This document shows, piece by piece, positions 1 to 13,234 of a DNA stretch of 64,000 nt. The notes beneath the pieces are model-generated. The model was not told the DNA's origin. It saw only the letters and a list, made by a program, of their open reading frames with translations, and ran no database searches. Made by a program: the position numbers and the translations under genes. Positions within the stretch are counted from its first letter, which is position 1; each line of letters starts with the position of its first letter. The stretch comes from Octopus vulgaris (lineage: Eukaryota): contig OX597815.1 in assembly GCA_951406725.2 (NCBI GenBank), positions 29,512,001 through 29,576,000 on the forward strand. Direction: 5' to 3'.

Positions 1-400
1 TGTGGCTAATGCCAGTACCTCCTGACTGGCACGTAAGAAGCACCATTCAAGTGTGGTCAATGCCAGTCCCACCAGACTGGCTCCTGTGCCAGTAGCATGT
101 AAAATGCGCCATACGAATGTGGTCGATGCTAGTGCTGCCTGACTGGCTCCCATGCCGGTGACATGTAAAAAGCACCATTCAAGCATGGTCGAAGCCAGTA
201 CTGCCTGACTGGCCCTGTTGCTGGCAGCATGTAAAAAGCACCTACTACACTCTCGGAGTGGTCGGCATTAGGAAGGGCATTCAGCTGTAGAAACTTTGCT
301 AGATCAGATTGGAGCCTGGTGCAGCCTTCTGGCTTGCCAGTCTTCAGTCAAACTGTCCAACCCATGCCAATGTGGAAAGCAGACGTTAAATGATGATGAT
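1..400 (+). mobile_element. RTE LINE 3' end with tandem ~50-bp subrepeats and (GAT)n tail
   Basis: Same sequence as the 3' UTR downstream of the RTE ORF fragment at 30537-31449; ends ...gcagacgttaaatgatgatgat. Confidence 0.85.
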
Positions 401-612
401 AAGACAAGTTCAGTATAATATAATATAGAATATAAGTTGATGCTCTAAGTCTATTCTACTATGTTGCAAGCAAAGTGTTAAAAACTTCCTCATTCTCAAA
501 CATCTTAGACTGCACCCAGAAAAGGGTCACCCAAGTGGTAGACACTTTATGTTGCTTCAGCCTCTTGCCCAGAAGCATACTGTCACCTCTCTCTGCATTT
601 TCTAGCACTACT

Positions 613-1668
613 CTAAGAATTCATATTTCCTCCATCTAAATGATTTTGAAAACTGCAGCATAAATGATAATCAGATGGAGCAATGTCCGGTGAATACGGT
701 AGATGGGGCATCGTTTCCCACTCAAACTGCTTCAGCCTTTGGAATGTCTTCCTCGCTGTATGTGGCTGAGTATTATCCTGATGGAAGAACACCATTCATC
801 TTGAAACCAAAGATGGTTGTTTTTCTTCTAGTACTGAAGTTGCCACTCAAGTTGTTCACATCAGATCTCCTTTATTACCGTTTGGTTTGGGTTTAAAAGT
901 TTAAAGTGAACTAAACCTTTCATATTTCACCAAACAGATAAAACCTTATGTGGGTAAAGACCTTCTTTAACCTGGGTTGCTGAGGTTTCTCCTTTCCCTA
1001 TCCACTGTCTTTGGCACTTGACATTTTTATAGAGAACCCATTTCTCATCACCAGTCACTATTTGGTCCAAAAAAGGTTCATTCATGAGCTGTGAAAGCTA
1101 AGAAGAACACACATTCACAATCTGTGTGCGATTAGACTGGGAAAACTTGCGAGGAACCCAATGACCCTATTTGTTGACTTTTCCGATAGCACACATGTGT
1201 CGATGAGTGGTTGAATGACCAAATCCAAGCTTCTCTGCTAGTTCCTCAACAGTTACAATGGGGTTTTGTTTTACCAAGGTTTGCAGAATGTCCTTGTTGA
1301 GCTCTATAGATCTTCCAGGACTAGGTTCATCTTCTAAGCTGTAGTTTTCAGCTTGGAATTTCTGGAACCACCGTTAATAGTGGCTTATTATACTTATTGT
1401 CTGATCCCCATATATGGCATTAATATTCCTTGCATTTCCCATTGCATTGTTACCTTTATTGAACTCAATGCAAAATGTGCTGAATATGCTCCATTATAGC
1501 TTTGAAAAAATAATTTAAAATCGAACTGCACTTTTCAAAAGTTGCACTAAGAATAAGGACAAGGTAAAATTGCTACCTGCTTTTATAGTAAGTTGATGCA
1601 GGTAGTTTATCCTGCCCCACTTTAACTTTTGAAATTGAAAAATCTGCATTATTTATGGGATGACCCAA
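613..1668 (-). mobile_element. Mariner transposon relic (transposase pseudogene, one TIR retained)
   Basis: ORF 613-795 has HQDN..PH and YSPDIAPSDYHL mariner motifs; decayed N-terminus (MEHIQHIL..) near 1490; TIR ttgggtcatcccataaataatg on the minus strand ending at 1668, followed by TA. Confidence 0.9.
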
Positions 1669-2862
1669 TATATGTATGTGTATGTGTATTTGCATATATA
1701 TATATATATGTCTGGAGGGATGTGGCTTGGTGGTTAAAGTGTTGGACTCATGATTGTAAGATTGTATTTTTGATCCTGGACCAGGTGATATGTTGTATTT
1801 TTGAGCAAAATATTTCATTTCATGTTTTCCCAGGGGGAACACGGAAACTGGGCCTATGAGTCTATATGACTCAGGAAAGATCTTTACCCTTTTTTTTGAT
1901 ATATATGTGCATGCACAACCACACACACAATGGGCTTCTTTCAGTTTCAGTCTACCAAATCTACTCACGAAGCTTTGGTCAGCATAGAGCTATAGATTCA
2001 GATGCTTGCCTAAGGTTCCATGTTTGGGAAGCAAACTGCTTAACTATGCAGCTATAGCTGTGTAAGCGTAGGCATGGCTCCTATCCACTAGTAGAGGAAA
2101 ATCTAATCTTGTAGGACTGCAACTATGTTACAATCTTCTAATTTCTTCATTAATTGGCAGTATTAATAGAAGAGCTGGTTACAGCTGGGATACTAGCTCT
2201 GAGCTAAAATATATTACTTTGGACATGCACACACACACATACAGACACAGACACACAAACACATTCATTCATGCATATGTGTGCCTGCATGTGCATACAT
2301 ACAAATAATCAGACATGAGCTTAAAAATACCAAAATATTTTTCAAAAATTATTTTGGTAGTGATTTTTCTTAAATCTTTACCGATAAAAGAAGTAAGAGA
2401 AATCAATAAATCGCTTCAACATCTGTGTCAACTCCACCACTCTATAACAATGATTACATTTGACGAGACCTAAGACTGAAATGCAGAAAACTGAGTAACA
2501 GGACATCATGACATTTATGTCATTTCAAGAGTTTTAGCAGACTAAGTGAAGTGAAGTGAAACAGCTTCAGACAATAATTCAAACTGATTCACAGATGTAT
2601 TCCAGAAGCTTTATAAGCTTTACCATTATTTCAGTTATAATCTTTGGACCACCCACTAGCTTGTAAAAATTTCAGCTTTCATTTAGTTACAAAGTTAATT
2701 TTTTTGTTTTCATAGAAGTGAATGATAGATTTAGTTGATTGAGTCAACAGTAATACATTGCTGTCATTCGATTTAGTGGTTCCACAGACATTAAGTCACT
2801 CTCATCACTACTTGAATGCAGCAACAATAGAGAGATACTAAACTAGATATTGTAAATCATAT

Positions 2863-3250
2863 GTGGAAGCACTCCATCGGTTACGACGATGAGGGTTCCG
2901 GTTGATCTGAATCAACGGAACAGCCTGCTCGTGAAATTAACGTGTAAGTGGCTGAGCACTCCACAGACACATGTGTACCCTTAACGTAGTTCTCGGGGAT
3001 ATTCAGCGTAACGCAGAGAGTGACAAGGACGGCCCTTTGAAATACAGGTACAACAGAAACAGGAAGTAAGAGTGAGAGAAAGTTGTGGTGAAAGAGTACA
3101 GCAGGGATCACCACCATCCCCTGCCAGAGCCTCGTGGAGCTTTTTAGGTGTTTTCGCTCAATAAACACTCACAACGCCCGGTCTGGGAATCGAAACCGCG
3201 ATCTTATGACCATGAGTCCGCTGCCCTAACCACTGGGCCATTGCGCCTCC
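2863..3250 (-). mobile_element. Full-length tRNA-derived SINE (family B) with 12-bp TSD
   Basis: tRNA-like head (ggcccagtggttaggg...gtttcgattccc); perfect TSD tgtaaatcatat at 2851-2862 and 3251-3262; second copy at 38405-38783. Confidence 0.92.
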
Positions 3251-3726
3251 TGTAAATCATATAGTACAGGTGGTAAATAGCCAGGTTAACTCAGTAAATT
3301 TATGAAGAATACATATTACAATTCAATAAATTTGAAACATTAGTTTTTCCATTTTCTTAGTATGTTTAGTGAGTGAGATGTGTAAAGAATAAAAAGTTAT
3401 TCATAAGAGTAGATGTATAAACTGACCTCAGAACCTAAGTGTATGTGGTTATATGCAAGAGAATCGTGAGATGGCTATAGTGTCATGTTGGGGCTGAGTA
3501 ATTGGCTTAAAGAGACATGTTTATAGCAGACAAAAATAATAATAATAATCCCTTCTACTATAAGCACAAGGGAGAGGACTAGTTGATTACATTGACCCCA
3601 ATGTTTCACTGGTACTTCATTTATCAACCCTGAAAGGAAGAAAGGTAAAAATCAACCTTGTTGATATTTAAATTCAGAACCTAAAGATGGACAAGATACT
3701 GCTAATCATTCTGCCAGCTCACCACA

Positions 3727-4215
3727 TCATCATTTAACGTCCGTTTTCCATGCTAGCATGGGTCGGACGGTTCGACCGGGGTCTGGTAAGCCATAGAAGC
3801 TGCACCAGGCTCTAGTCTGATTTGGCAGTGTTTCTACAGTTGGATGCCCTTCCTAATGCCAACCACTTCGTGAGTGTAGTGGGTGTTTTTTTACGTGCCA
3901 CCGGCACAGGGCCAGAGGAGGCTGGCAAATGGCCACGATCGGTTGGTGCTTTTACGTGTCACCGACACGGATGCCAGTCAGGCGGCGCTGGCATCTGCTA
4001 CGTTTGGACGGTGCTTTTTACGTGTCACTGGCACGGGTGTCTTAACTACAATTTCCATTTGATTTTTATCTGGCACCTGCCACGTTCGGACGGTGCTTTT
4101 TAAGTGTCACCGGCACAGGTGTCTGAACTACAATTTCCATTTGATTTTTATTTTGATGTTGACATACTTGACTCAATAGGTCTCCTCAAGAACAGCAGGT
4201 CACTCTACGATCCAC
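3727..4215 (-). mobile_element. RTE LINE 3' end
   Basis: catcatcatttaacgtccgttttccatgctagcatggg... is the reverse complement of the (GAT)n-tailed family; subrepeats present. Confidence 0.85.
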
Positions 4216-4382
4216 ATTAATAATAATTATAGTAATAAAAGTAAAAGGTTACTGCCCATTATACATTTATGAAGTTTATTGTTACTGGCTGGGTAACTAA
4301 GGCAAGAAATTATGAAAAGAGAATTGTTTATTTATTAGGCACATGAACCTTCTTTTGAAAGAGCAGTGGGAATTTAAATCTA

Positions 4383-4606
4383 TTAACAATCCTTCAACAT
4401 TCAAACTAGCCATATCCAGCCCAAATATTCTACCTGTTCTAAGTTCCAACTGTCCAGATCCCAGCCTCTCACACCTATCCTACAACGTCATTCTAAAAAT
4501 AAATAATTGCAGCATTGAAATCTCAAAGCTATTCATGATTAATTGAAACAATGTGAATAGATAAGCATTACATTTCACAGAGTAATCTGAATGCTAGAAG
4601 TTTTAA
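4383..4606. mobile_element. piggyBac-like MITE (degenerate), second copy at ~14185-14352
   Basis: TTAA-bounded ends with decayed TIRs (...gaatgctaaaaggttaa in the second copy); an inverted homologous copy lies at ~14185-14352. Confidence 0.55.
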
Positions 4607-5784
4607 CTTGACCTCAGTATCTGATTGATCCCACAAAGGTAATTGAGGGGTAAAAACAAGGTGCTAAACTGGATATGGTAGAACATCAAGTCTATTGCTC
4701 AGTTCATGAAGCAATCGTTATTATCTGTTGTAGAAACAGTTCTTCATCTTTAACCATTGACATTATCTTCTGTCTACTCTTCCACGCTGGCGTGTATTAG
4801 ACATTTTTCTAAGACCAGTAATATACAGCTTGATGACTTGCTTGTCACTCATCCTTTTAGTTGTCTCTTATGACATGGAGAGACATAGTGTCATCATCAT
4901 CAACAACACTCAACATTCATTTTCCATGCTGGCATGGGTTGGACATCTTGACAGGAACTGGCAAGGCCAGAGGCTGTACCAGGTTCCATAGTCTGTTTTG
5001 GCTTGTTTTCTATGGCTGGTCACTCTTCCTAAAGCTTTTTATGTGGCACTTTGGTTTTAGGATCTCAATTCAGTTGTGGTGAACAGGTCTTCTTGAGTGT
5101 AACAATGCACCACATGTCTTGGTCATACATATAACTCTTTATTTCTAATGAAGTTATTAGTAATATTATCGATGTCATTTGACAGGATACCCAATTAAAG
5201 TAAATAAAAAAAAATTAAGGGTGCAATATATCACATCAACCCAGTATTACTTTAAAAACTTAGTCTTTTCTTGGTTGAGAGAGATCTATAGGGTCTCTGA
5301 TTAATTTTTGCTTCTGTAGCATTAAGCACACAAGATAAATCTCCACTTGGTCAGTATGTTAAAGCCTGATGTCCATGTTTCATGGCATGGTGAGATAAGA
5401 CAGCACAGAATTATGTATTACATCCCAAAGCACAACATATTTTCTACAAACCACCCATAAAGTTGCCATTTGCTCTATTATATTGTTGATATAAATTGTA
5501 TTAACCACAGAGAGATTTTACTCAGAATAATGAAGCACTAAACTAAATACCATAAAATATCTAAACAGGTCATATATGATTTTGCCATCTCCAGCTCCTT
5601 AATAAGGATTTCTAATGTAAAATATAAGAGCATAATCTTTTTTACCTTTTTGAAGAGAGTAGGCTTTATTTGAAATTATCCCTAAGCAAGGCCCAAGGGT
5701 TACTTCTAAATATACTAGTATACTGAAGCTAGTATATCAAAGATAGTAATAAAATAATTGATAAAAGATTTAAATAAAATATGA

Positions 5785-6045
5785 CATTCAAGCGAGGTCG
5801 TTGCCAGTGCTGCTTGACTGGTTCCTGTGCAGGTGACACATTAAAAGCACCATTTGAGCGTGGCCATTGCCAGTACCACCTAACTGGCATGTAAAAGCAC
5901 CTACTACACTCTCAGAGTGGTTGGCATTAGGAAGGGCATCCAGCTGTAGAAACTCTGCCAGATCAGATTGGAGTCTGATGCAGGCCATCTGGTTCAACCC
6001 ATGCTAGCATGGAAAGCAGACATTAAACAATGATGATGATGATAA
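5785..6045 (+). mobile_element. RTE LINE 3' end
   Basis: Family-diagnostic aagcacctactacactc...gatgatgat tail. Confidence 0.85.
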
Positions 6046-6511
6046 TGAGATGGTAATAAAAGAACAGATGACAATAAAATAGAGCAAACTTAATGACAAC
6101 AAATGAGCGAATGAATTGAAAAATGAGAAGTTAATGAAAGAATCAATAAGAATATTGTATTGAATAAAACCACCAACATTAGGCAATGTACTTGTTAACC
6201 TTGAATTTATAGCGATTGAGGTTATGTTCTGTATGTAGCAAAATGAGAGAGAGAGAGAGTGTGTGTGTGTGTGTTTTCCATAATTCATCTGTTCCAGGGA
6301 AGAAGGGATTTGTGTGTATGGAACTTGTATGAAACTGGCAGCATATCTGTGATATATACAGGAAGTACAAGTGAGATTTGCTAAATTGTAGGAGACTGAA
6401 TTCTGGAAAGGCAAAGGAATGAAGTTCATCTAAACATTTTCCATCATAGAAGTAATCTTATTTCTATTTGTTTCAGTCTGTGGCCAAGTTAGAGTACCAC
6501 TTTGAAAGGCT

Positions 6512-6924
6512 TACTCTTTACTTTTTTACTTGTTTCAGTCATTTGACTGTGGCCATGCTGGAGCACCACCTTTAGTTGAGGAAATCGACCCCAGGGCTTA
6601 TTCTTTGTAAGCCTAGTTCTTATTCTATCGGTCTCATTTGCCGAACCACTAAGTTACGGGGACGTAAACACAACAGCATCGGTTGTCAAGCAATGATCGG
6701 GGGATAACTACAGACACACAAACATACACACACACACACATATATATATATACATACATATATACAACGGCCTTCTTTCAGTTTCCATCTACCAAATCCA
6801 CTCACAAGGCTTTGGTTGGCCCGAGGCTATAGTAGAAGACACTTGCCCAAGGTGTCACGCAGTGGGACTGAACCTGGAACCATGTGGTTGGTAAGCAAGC
6901 TACTGACCATACAGCCACTCCTGC
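6512..6924 (-). mobile_element. tRNA-derived SINE (family A, internal (TA/CA)n microsatellite)
   Basis: Head gcaggagtggctgt.tggt...ggttcagtcccac; tail gtgctccagcatggccacagtcaaatgactgaaacaagtaaa; about 10 homologous copies in the window. Confidence 0.9.
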
Positions 6925-7489
6925 GGTTTAGTTAAAAAAAAAGAAAAAAAAAAGGTTCACGACCAATTAAACTATGCATTTAATTCTGTACACTAATAAG
7001 AGTGGACAGTACACGTTTGTAGAAACCTGTCCAAATGTGGAAGCACTACTCCATTTTTTAGTATATCTGGCTTTTGTAATGATACAATAGAGTTTCAGGT
7101 TTTAGGAGCTTCTCTGAATCACTGAATAAGCCCCTACCCCCATTCAAGCCACCAAACTGGTAATAGTCACATGGTAGGAGGTCATATAAAATTTAGTGTG
7201 AATTTAAGACCTAAAAGCCTACTGAAACAAAGAAATTCCCTCAAAATAATCCTGTCTGCTGACATGGGAAGGTCATGAATTTCATGTTGTGAAATAGTTG
7301 TGAAATAGTTGTGAAATAGTTGTGAAATAGATTAATCATTAAATGTAATAAGTCACTATTTTCCTCATTGCATGATTCCAGTTTAACGACTGTATAATGT
7401 TCTTAGAGGTGAGGCTGTGAAGTATTATTAACAAATACGACCCCAAAAAGTATGGGTTGAAGTTGTGAGAAAGTATTTTTGGTCATTGG

Positions 7490-7984
7490 CTCTCACTGAG
7501 GAGATGACAAAGGACTGAAACTTCTGGCAATTTGCTGTGCTTGAGAAGACACACCAAGTTACATAAAATCATGGCCATCCATACATGCAGGTATGTCCTT
7601 CATGGCCATGCTCACCCCCCCTGCCATTCCTTCTCTCAACTGAGAGGTTTTTGTCTTACAGGCTGGCATGTGCTGGTTGCACATAAGCACCCATGCTGGT
7701 GCCATGTGAAAAGTACCAGTGCCCATGCCATGTATAAAACACCCATGCTGATGCCACATATAAAGCACTTGTGCCAGTACCATGTATAATGCACTCATGC
7801 TGGTGCCATGTAAAAAGCACCCCGTACACTCTGTAAAGTTGTTGGCATTTGGAAGGACATCCAGCTGTAGAAATCATGCTAAAACAGATAATTGGAGCCT
7901 GGGCAGCTATCTGGCTGGCCAGCTCCTGTTAAACCCTCCAATCCATGCCAGCATGGAAAACAGACATTAAATGATGATGATGAT
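7490..7984 (+). mobile_element. RTE LINE 3' end (older copy)
   Basis: Includes the ORF-end remnant (gctgtgcttgagaagac) and the (GAT)n tail. Confidence 0.75.
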
Positions 7985-8571
7985 ATTGGGAATCCTATTA
8001 ATTTGTTAGGTAAATCATTGTTAAAATGTAGAAAGAACATTAGTCCCAGAATATGTCTGCATTGCTATCATAGATGATGACAACTTTCAGACTTCTTCCT
8101 ATTAAGGAAGATAGTGGAAAAGACCTATCAGGCATGCCATAGCTGGTCAGTTTATAATGCAATCCTCTATGCCATACTTTATCAAATGCTTCAGAAATGT
8201 CTAAAGCAATTATAACAAGAATGAAAGCTGCTATCTAGTATGGTCATATTAAATCCACCCTGCTACTTTAATGGTACTTATATAATTAACGAGCAGGTGG
8301 AATTTATTATTATCAAGATGATGGATGGACTTCATAGACGTGTGCTTATTTGAAAAATTTGAACTCAAAACATAATAAAAGAAACTAAATATTATTTCTA
8401 ACAGTGGCATAAAGCCAACAACTTTTGGGGAGAGATAGAGACAATTAAATATATACAAATACTTGACTGGCTTTTATTTCATTCAGGCCTAAATAAAAAA
8501 AGAGACAAAGTCAGGATTTGAACTTGGGTTACAAAGTATGTTGTCTGACACAACCAACCTAATAATAATGA

Positions 8572-8819
8572 TGGTGGCACGTAAAAAGCACCATCCGATC
8601 GTGGCCGTTTGCCAGCCTCGTCTGGCACCTGTGCTGGTGGCACGTAAAAAGCACCCACTACACTCATGGAGTGGTTGGCGTTAGGAAGGGCATCCAGCCA
8701 TAGAAACATTGCCAGATCAGACTGGGCCTGGTGCAGCCTTCTGGCTTCCCAGACCCCTGTTGAACCATCCAACCCATGCCAGTATGGAATGCGGACGCTA
8801 AACGATGATGATGATGATG
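8572..8819 (+). mobile_element. RTE LINE 3' end
   Basis: Family-diagnostic sequence with (GAT)n tail. Confidence 0.85.
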
Positions 8820-8849
8820 TTTCTAAGACATGCACAATGCTACATATTC

Positions 8850-11340
8850 AGTGGGAGGGGTATAGTTGATTCTATCAGCTCCAGTAATTAGGCTGATACA
8901 TATTTGAATTCAGAAAGTAAAAGAGGATCATTGAATGACTAGTACTTATACCATAGACACTGAAAAGATGAATGGCAAAGTCAACCTCAGTGGAATTTGA
9001 ACTCAGAACATAAAGACGGATGAAATGCTGCTAAGCATTTTGCCAGTCCTGCTAACAATTCTGCCAGCTCACTGCCTTCGATACCATAATACCCTTTGTA
9101 TGATACTCTGTTTCTGCCATCCATTCTCAATAATAAAAATAATGTTTTCAAATTTTGGCACAAGGTCCGCAATTTCAGGACAGGAGTGAGTCAATTACAT
9201 CAACCCCAGTGTTCAACTGGTACTTATTTTATCGACCCTAAAAGGATGAAAGGCAAAGTTTACTTCGGCAAAATTCAAACTCAGAACATGAAGGTGGACG
9301 AAATGCCATTAAGCATTTTGCCTGGTGTGCTAACAATTCTTCCAATTTGCCACCTTAAATAATAATAATCCTTTCTACAAAAGGTATCAGGCCAGCAATT
9401 TCGGAGGAGGGAATAAGTCAATTACATTGACCCCCACCCCCACCAGTACTCAACTGTTACTTATTTTATTGACTCCAAGAGGATGAAAGGCAAAGTCAGT
9501 CTCAGTGGAATTTGAACTCAGAATGCAGAGAATGATGAAATGCTGCTAAGCAACTTGCCCAGTGTGCTAATGATTCCACCAGCTTGCCACCTTAGTAGTA
9601 GTAATAATAATAATAATGGTTTCAAATTTTGCCACAAAGACAGCAATTTTGGGGGAGGGGATGAATCGATTATATTGACCCCAGTGTTCAACTGGTACTT
9701 ATTTTATTGACCCTGAAAGGATGAAAGGCAAAGTCGACCTTGGTGGAATTTGAACTCAGAATGTAAAGCAGACAAAATGCTGCCAAGAATTTTGCCACCT
9801 TAATAATAATAATAATAATAGCTTCAAATTTTGGCACAAGGCCAGCAATTTAAAAGGGAGAAGGCAAGTTGATTACATCAACCTCAGACTGATACTTTAT
9901 TTTACAAACTCCTGAAAGAATGAAAGGCAAATACTTTCTAATTTGGAGAGAAAGCCAGCAATTTTGAGGGAATGGGTAAGGGCTCAATTGGTACTTTATT
10001 TTATTGACCCCGAAAAGATGAAAAGGTAAACCTGACCTTACCAAGATTTGAACTCAAAACAAGGAGCCAGAAGTAATGCCACTAAGCATTTTCTCCACTG
10101 AGCTAATAATTCTGTCAGCATGCTGCTCAAATTTTCAAATTTTGGCACAAGGCCAGCAATTTTAGGGGGAAGGGGTTAAATTGATTATAGCAACTCTAGT
10201 ATACTCTCTTTTACTTGTTTCAGTCATTTGACTGCGGCCATGTTGGAGCACCGCCTTTAATCGAGCAACTCGACCCCGGGACTTATTCTTTTGTAAGCCC
10301 AGTACTTATTCTATCGGTCTCTTTTGCCGAACCGCTAAGTGACGGGGACATAAACACACCAGCATCGGTTGTCAAGCAATGCTAGGGGAACAAACACAGA
10401 CACACAAACACACATATATATATATACATATATACAACAGGCTTCTTTCAGTTTCCATCTACCAAATCAACTCACAAGGCATTGGTCGGCCTGGGGCTAT
10501 AGCAGAAGACACTTGCCCAAGGTGCCACGCAGTGGGACTGAACCCAGAACCATGTGGTTGGTTAGCAAGCTACTTACCACACAGCCACTCCTGCGCCTAT
10601 GTGATTGATACTTTATTTTATTGACCCTGAAGGAATGAATGGTAAAGTTGACTTTGGCAGGATTTGAACTTAGAACATACTGGAAGTACTATTTAACTAT
10701 TACTATTTGTCTAGTTACTAACGGTTATGTCAGCTTGATATCTTAATAATAATCCTTTCAGCTAAAAGCATAAGGCCTGAAATTTTGTATGAGGGTCTAG
10801 TCTATTACATTGACCCCAAAACATAACTAGTACTTATTCCATAGACACTGAAAAGATGAATGGCAAAGTCAACCTCAGTGGAATTTGAACTCAGAACATA
10901 AAGACGGATGAAATGCTGCTAAGCATTTTGCCAGTCCTGCTAACAATTCTGCCAGCTCACTGCCTTCGATACCATAATAATAATATTAATAATCATTTCT
11001 ACTAATGGCACAAAGTCCAAAATTTGGCGGGTGGGTAATCAATTACACTGATTCCAATGCTTGACTGGTACTTATTTCTTTGACCCTGAAAGGATGAAAG
11101 GCAAAGTCAACCTCGGTGGAATTTGAACTCAGAATGCTACTAAGCATTCTGTCCAACACACTAACACTTCTTCCAGTTCACCACCTAAAAATTATAATAA
11201 CAATAATTGTTTCAAATTTTGGCACAAGGCCAGGAATATAGGGAGTTCTTAGTCAATCAAACTGCTCCTGGTACTTGTCTGGTACTTTATTTCATTGACT
11301 CATAGAAGAATGAATTTACACTGACAACATAAAAAGCTGG
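8850..11340 (-). repeat. Head-to-tail array of about 10 SINE family C copies
   Basis: Recurrent unit ttcaaattttggcacaaggccagcaatt...gaaaggatgaaaggcaaagtcgacct...ggaatttgaactcagaa...gccagctc, separated by (TAA)n. Confidence 0.88.
10202..10597 (-). mobile_element. SINE family A nested inside a family C copy
   Basis: Full-length family A; the interrupted family C unit resumes at ~10600 (gatactttattttattgaccc). Confidence 0.9.
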
Positions 11341-11889
11341 AAAAAATACCTAAATCTAAAAACAGTCTACAGACTTTATAATGATTTCTTTTAATTTTTT
11401 TTGTGTTTAAATTTTATTATATTTTTGATAGTTTTGTTAAAAGGCCCATGCACTTTCTAGTAGAAAAGGTAGGCAGTATATTTGATTGAATCACTCCAAA
11501 CTTTTAATCGCATTAATTTATTTTCCCAACCCAGGAAGACCAGACAACAAAGTCAACTTGACCCGGGGGGAATTTGTATACAGAAAATGAAAGATGACCC
11601 AGAACTGCCCGACACTTCACCATCTATGTTATATTAGCCATCCAAGGATCATGATAATAGCCACTTGTATTGACTCAGTTGTGTAAATTCCCAACTTAAA
11701 AATAACAAAACAAAAGAAAAAAAACTAATTAGAAGTATAATTAATGATTACTAAAAATAAAAAAAAAAAGATTTAATAGACAAATTTACTAGAGATCTTT
11801 ATAGTTACTGATGAGGAGAAATACTGAGTTGTGGCATATATGCCTTTACCATGCAAAATATGTCCAACAATACCTGATGCAATAACGGT

Positions 11890-12522
11890 TGTCAGTAGTA
11901 GTAGTATTAGTAGTAGTAGTAGTAGTAGTAATAGTAGCAGTAGACAAAATGTAATTGTATTGCCTAGAAATAAAGCACTGACAGTAGTTATGGTAACAGT
12001 AGTAAAGGTGGTGGTGGTGGTGATAGTAGTAGTAGTAAGAAAAGTAGTTAGTAGCTGTGGGGGAATGAAGGTGTTAGTAATAGTAATCAAAGCCTATATA
12101 ATAATAGTTAAGGTAATAGTGAAGTTAATAGTTAATATGGTACAGATAGAAGTAGCACAGGTAGTGGTTGCAGTAGTTACAGTAACTGTTAAGATAGTGG
12201 TAACAGTTAGTATAATAATAATAATAATAATAGTATTGACAGTAATAATATTAATAATAATAATAATCAGCAGCAGCAGCAAGAGAAGCTTATTGATGAT
12301 AAGTTATGGTAGTAGAAGCATCACAAGGTGTAGTTATGGTTGTATTAGTATTGCTGATACTAATTATGCTGATGATGATAGAGGTAGTAAAAATATAGCA
12401 ATAGCAGAAGTAGTAGAGCTGGTTGTAGACAAAGGAGTAGCCTGAGAGATCATTTGTGATAGTGGCTGAGAGAGCTAATAGGCATTAAAATGGTGGCAGC
12501 GGCGGTGGTGGTAGTAACAGTG

Positions 12523-12558
<36 letters not shown>

Positions 12559-12760
12559 TCACCACTACTACTACTACTACTAGATATGGAAATGGTGACA
12601 GTGGTGGTTGTAGTAGTAGTAGTAGTAATAGTTTAGCAGCAGCGACAGTTGTATTAGTAGTTATAATAAATATAATAGTAGTCACAGAAGAAATACTAAC
12701 AGAAACTTTACCGTGTGAGCCAGGCAGAAATTGAAGTAGTACAGCAATTATAAACAAAAG
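11890..12760. repeat. Low-complexity degenerate trinucleotide tract (TAG/TAA/GTG/CTA)n
   Basis: Runs of agt, aat, ggt and act; produces the spurious V/I/S/T-rich ORFs. Confidence 0.9.
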
Positions 12761-13234
12761 TAAAATAAACTACTCGAAGACTTGCAATGCAGAGTAGAAA
12801 ATAGTAGAGAAGGTCTTGGATACGAGAATGCCCAGCTCCGAAATGCCTTCAACCGATTACATCCGCACTCATCAGTTTAGTAACGGTATGGCATGGCGTA
12901 AATATAGATAGCGAACAATGAAAGGGGAGGTCAATGAACTCTTTCTAGCTTAGCTTCCATTAAGCGTATCACGAGACTATGTAGCATTTAGAAATACGGT
13001 AGAAGGTTACAGCATGGCATCGCATATTTGTCAAAAGTTTTCTGGCAACTGGCAATGACTCTAGGTGTGTCAAAGCTGTCCAATGTGACTAGAGTTCCAG
13101 CTTATCAACAAGAAGGAAACTGGTTCATAGTTTGTATTCTTATAACTGTCATAGCACTGCATCCGTGACACTTAAGACATTTAACCCAGTAACCAATTAC
13201 CCTAACTGCAATAGGTACCTTGATATGATGATGA

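Larger units (their letters stand above)
6180..8400 (-). pseudogene. Ancient fragmented non-LTR retrotransposon RT, interrupted by younger SINE and RTE insertions
   Basis: Minus-strand remnants in the expected order: IALDISEAFDKVWH (~8170-8215), decayed EYCSHVW-like segment (~7000-7050), FFPGTDELW and YKFKVNK C-terminal remnants (6180-6320). Confidence 0.6.

Noticed and set aside
1-260. Regularly spaced ~50-bp repeats that superficially resemble a CRISPR array
   Set aside because: The units are degenerate tandem subrepeats of an RTE 3' UTR, with no unique spacers and no cas genes, in eukaryotic DNA.
3170-3250. tRNA-like sequences (also at 49030-49107 and 62198-62270)
   Set aside because: They are SINE heads continuous with SINE bodies and TSDs, not stand-alone tRNA genes.
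7287-7330. (gttgtgaaata)x4 tandem repeat
   Set aside because: Simple slippage minisatellite inside an old LINE remnant.
11773-12757. 204-aa and other V/I/S/T-rich ORFs resembling membrane proteins
   Set aside because: They arise from degenerate trinucleotide microsatellites; no domain or splice support.
12830-12885. Minus-strand CTGATGA as a third hammerhead
   Set aside because: No stem II followed by GAAA.
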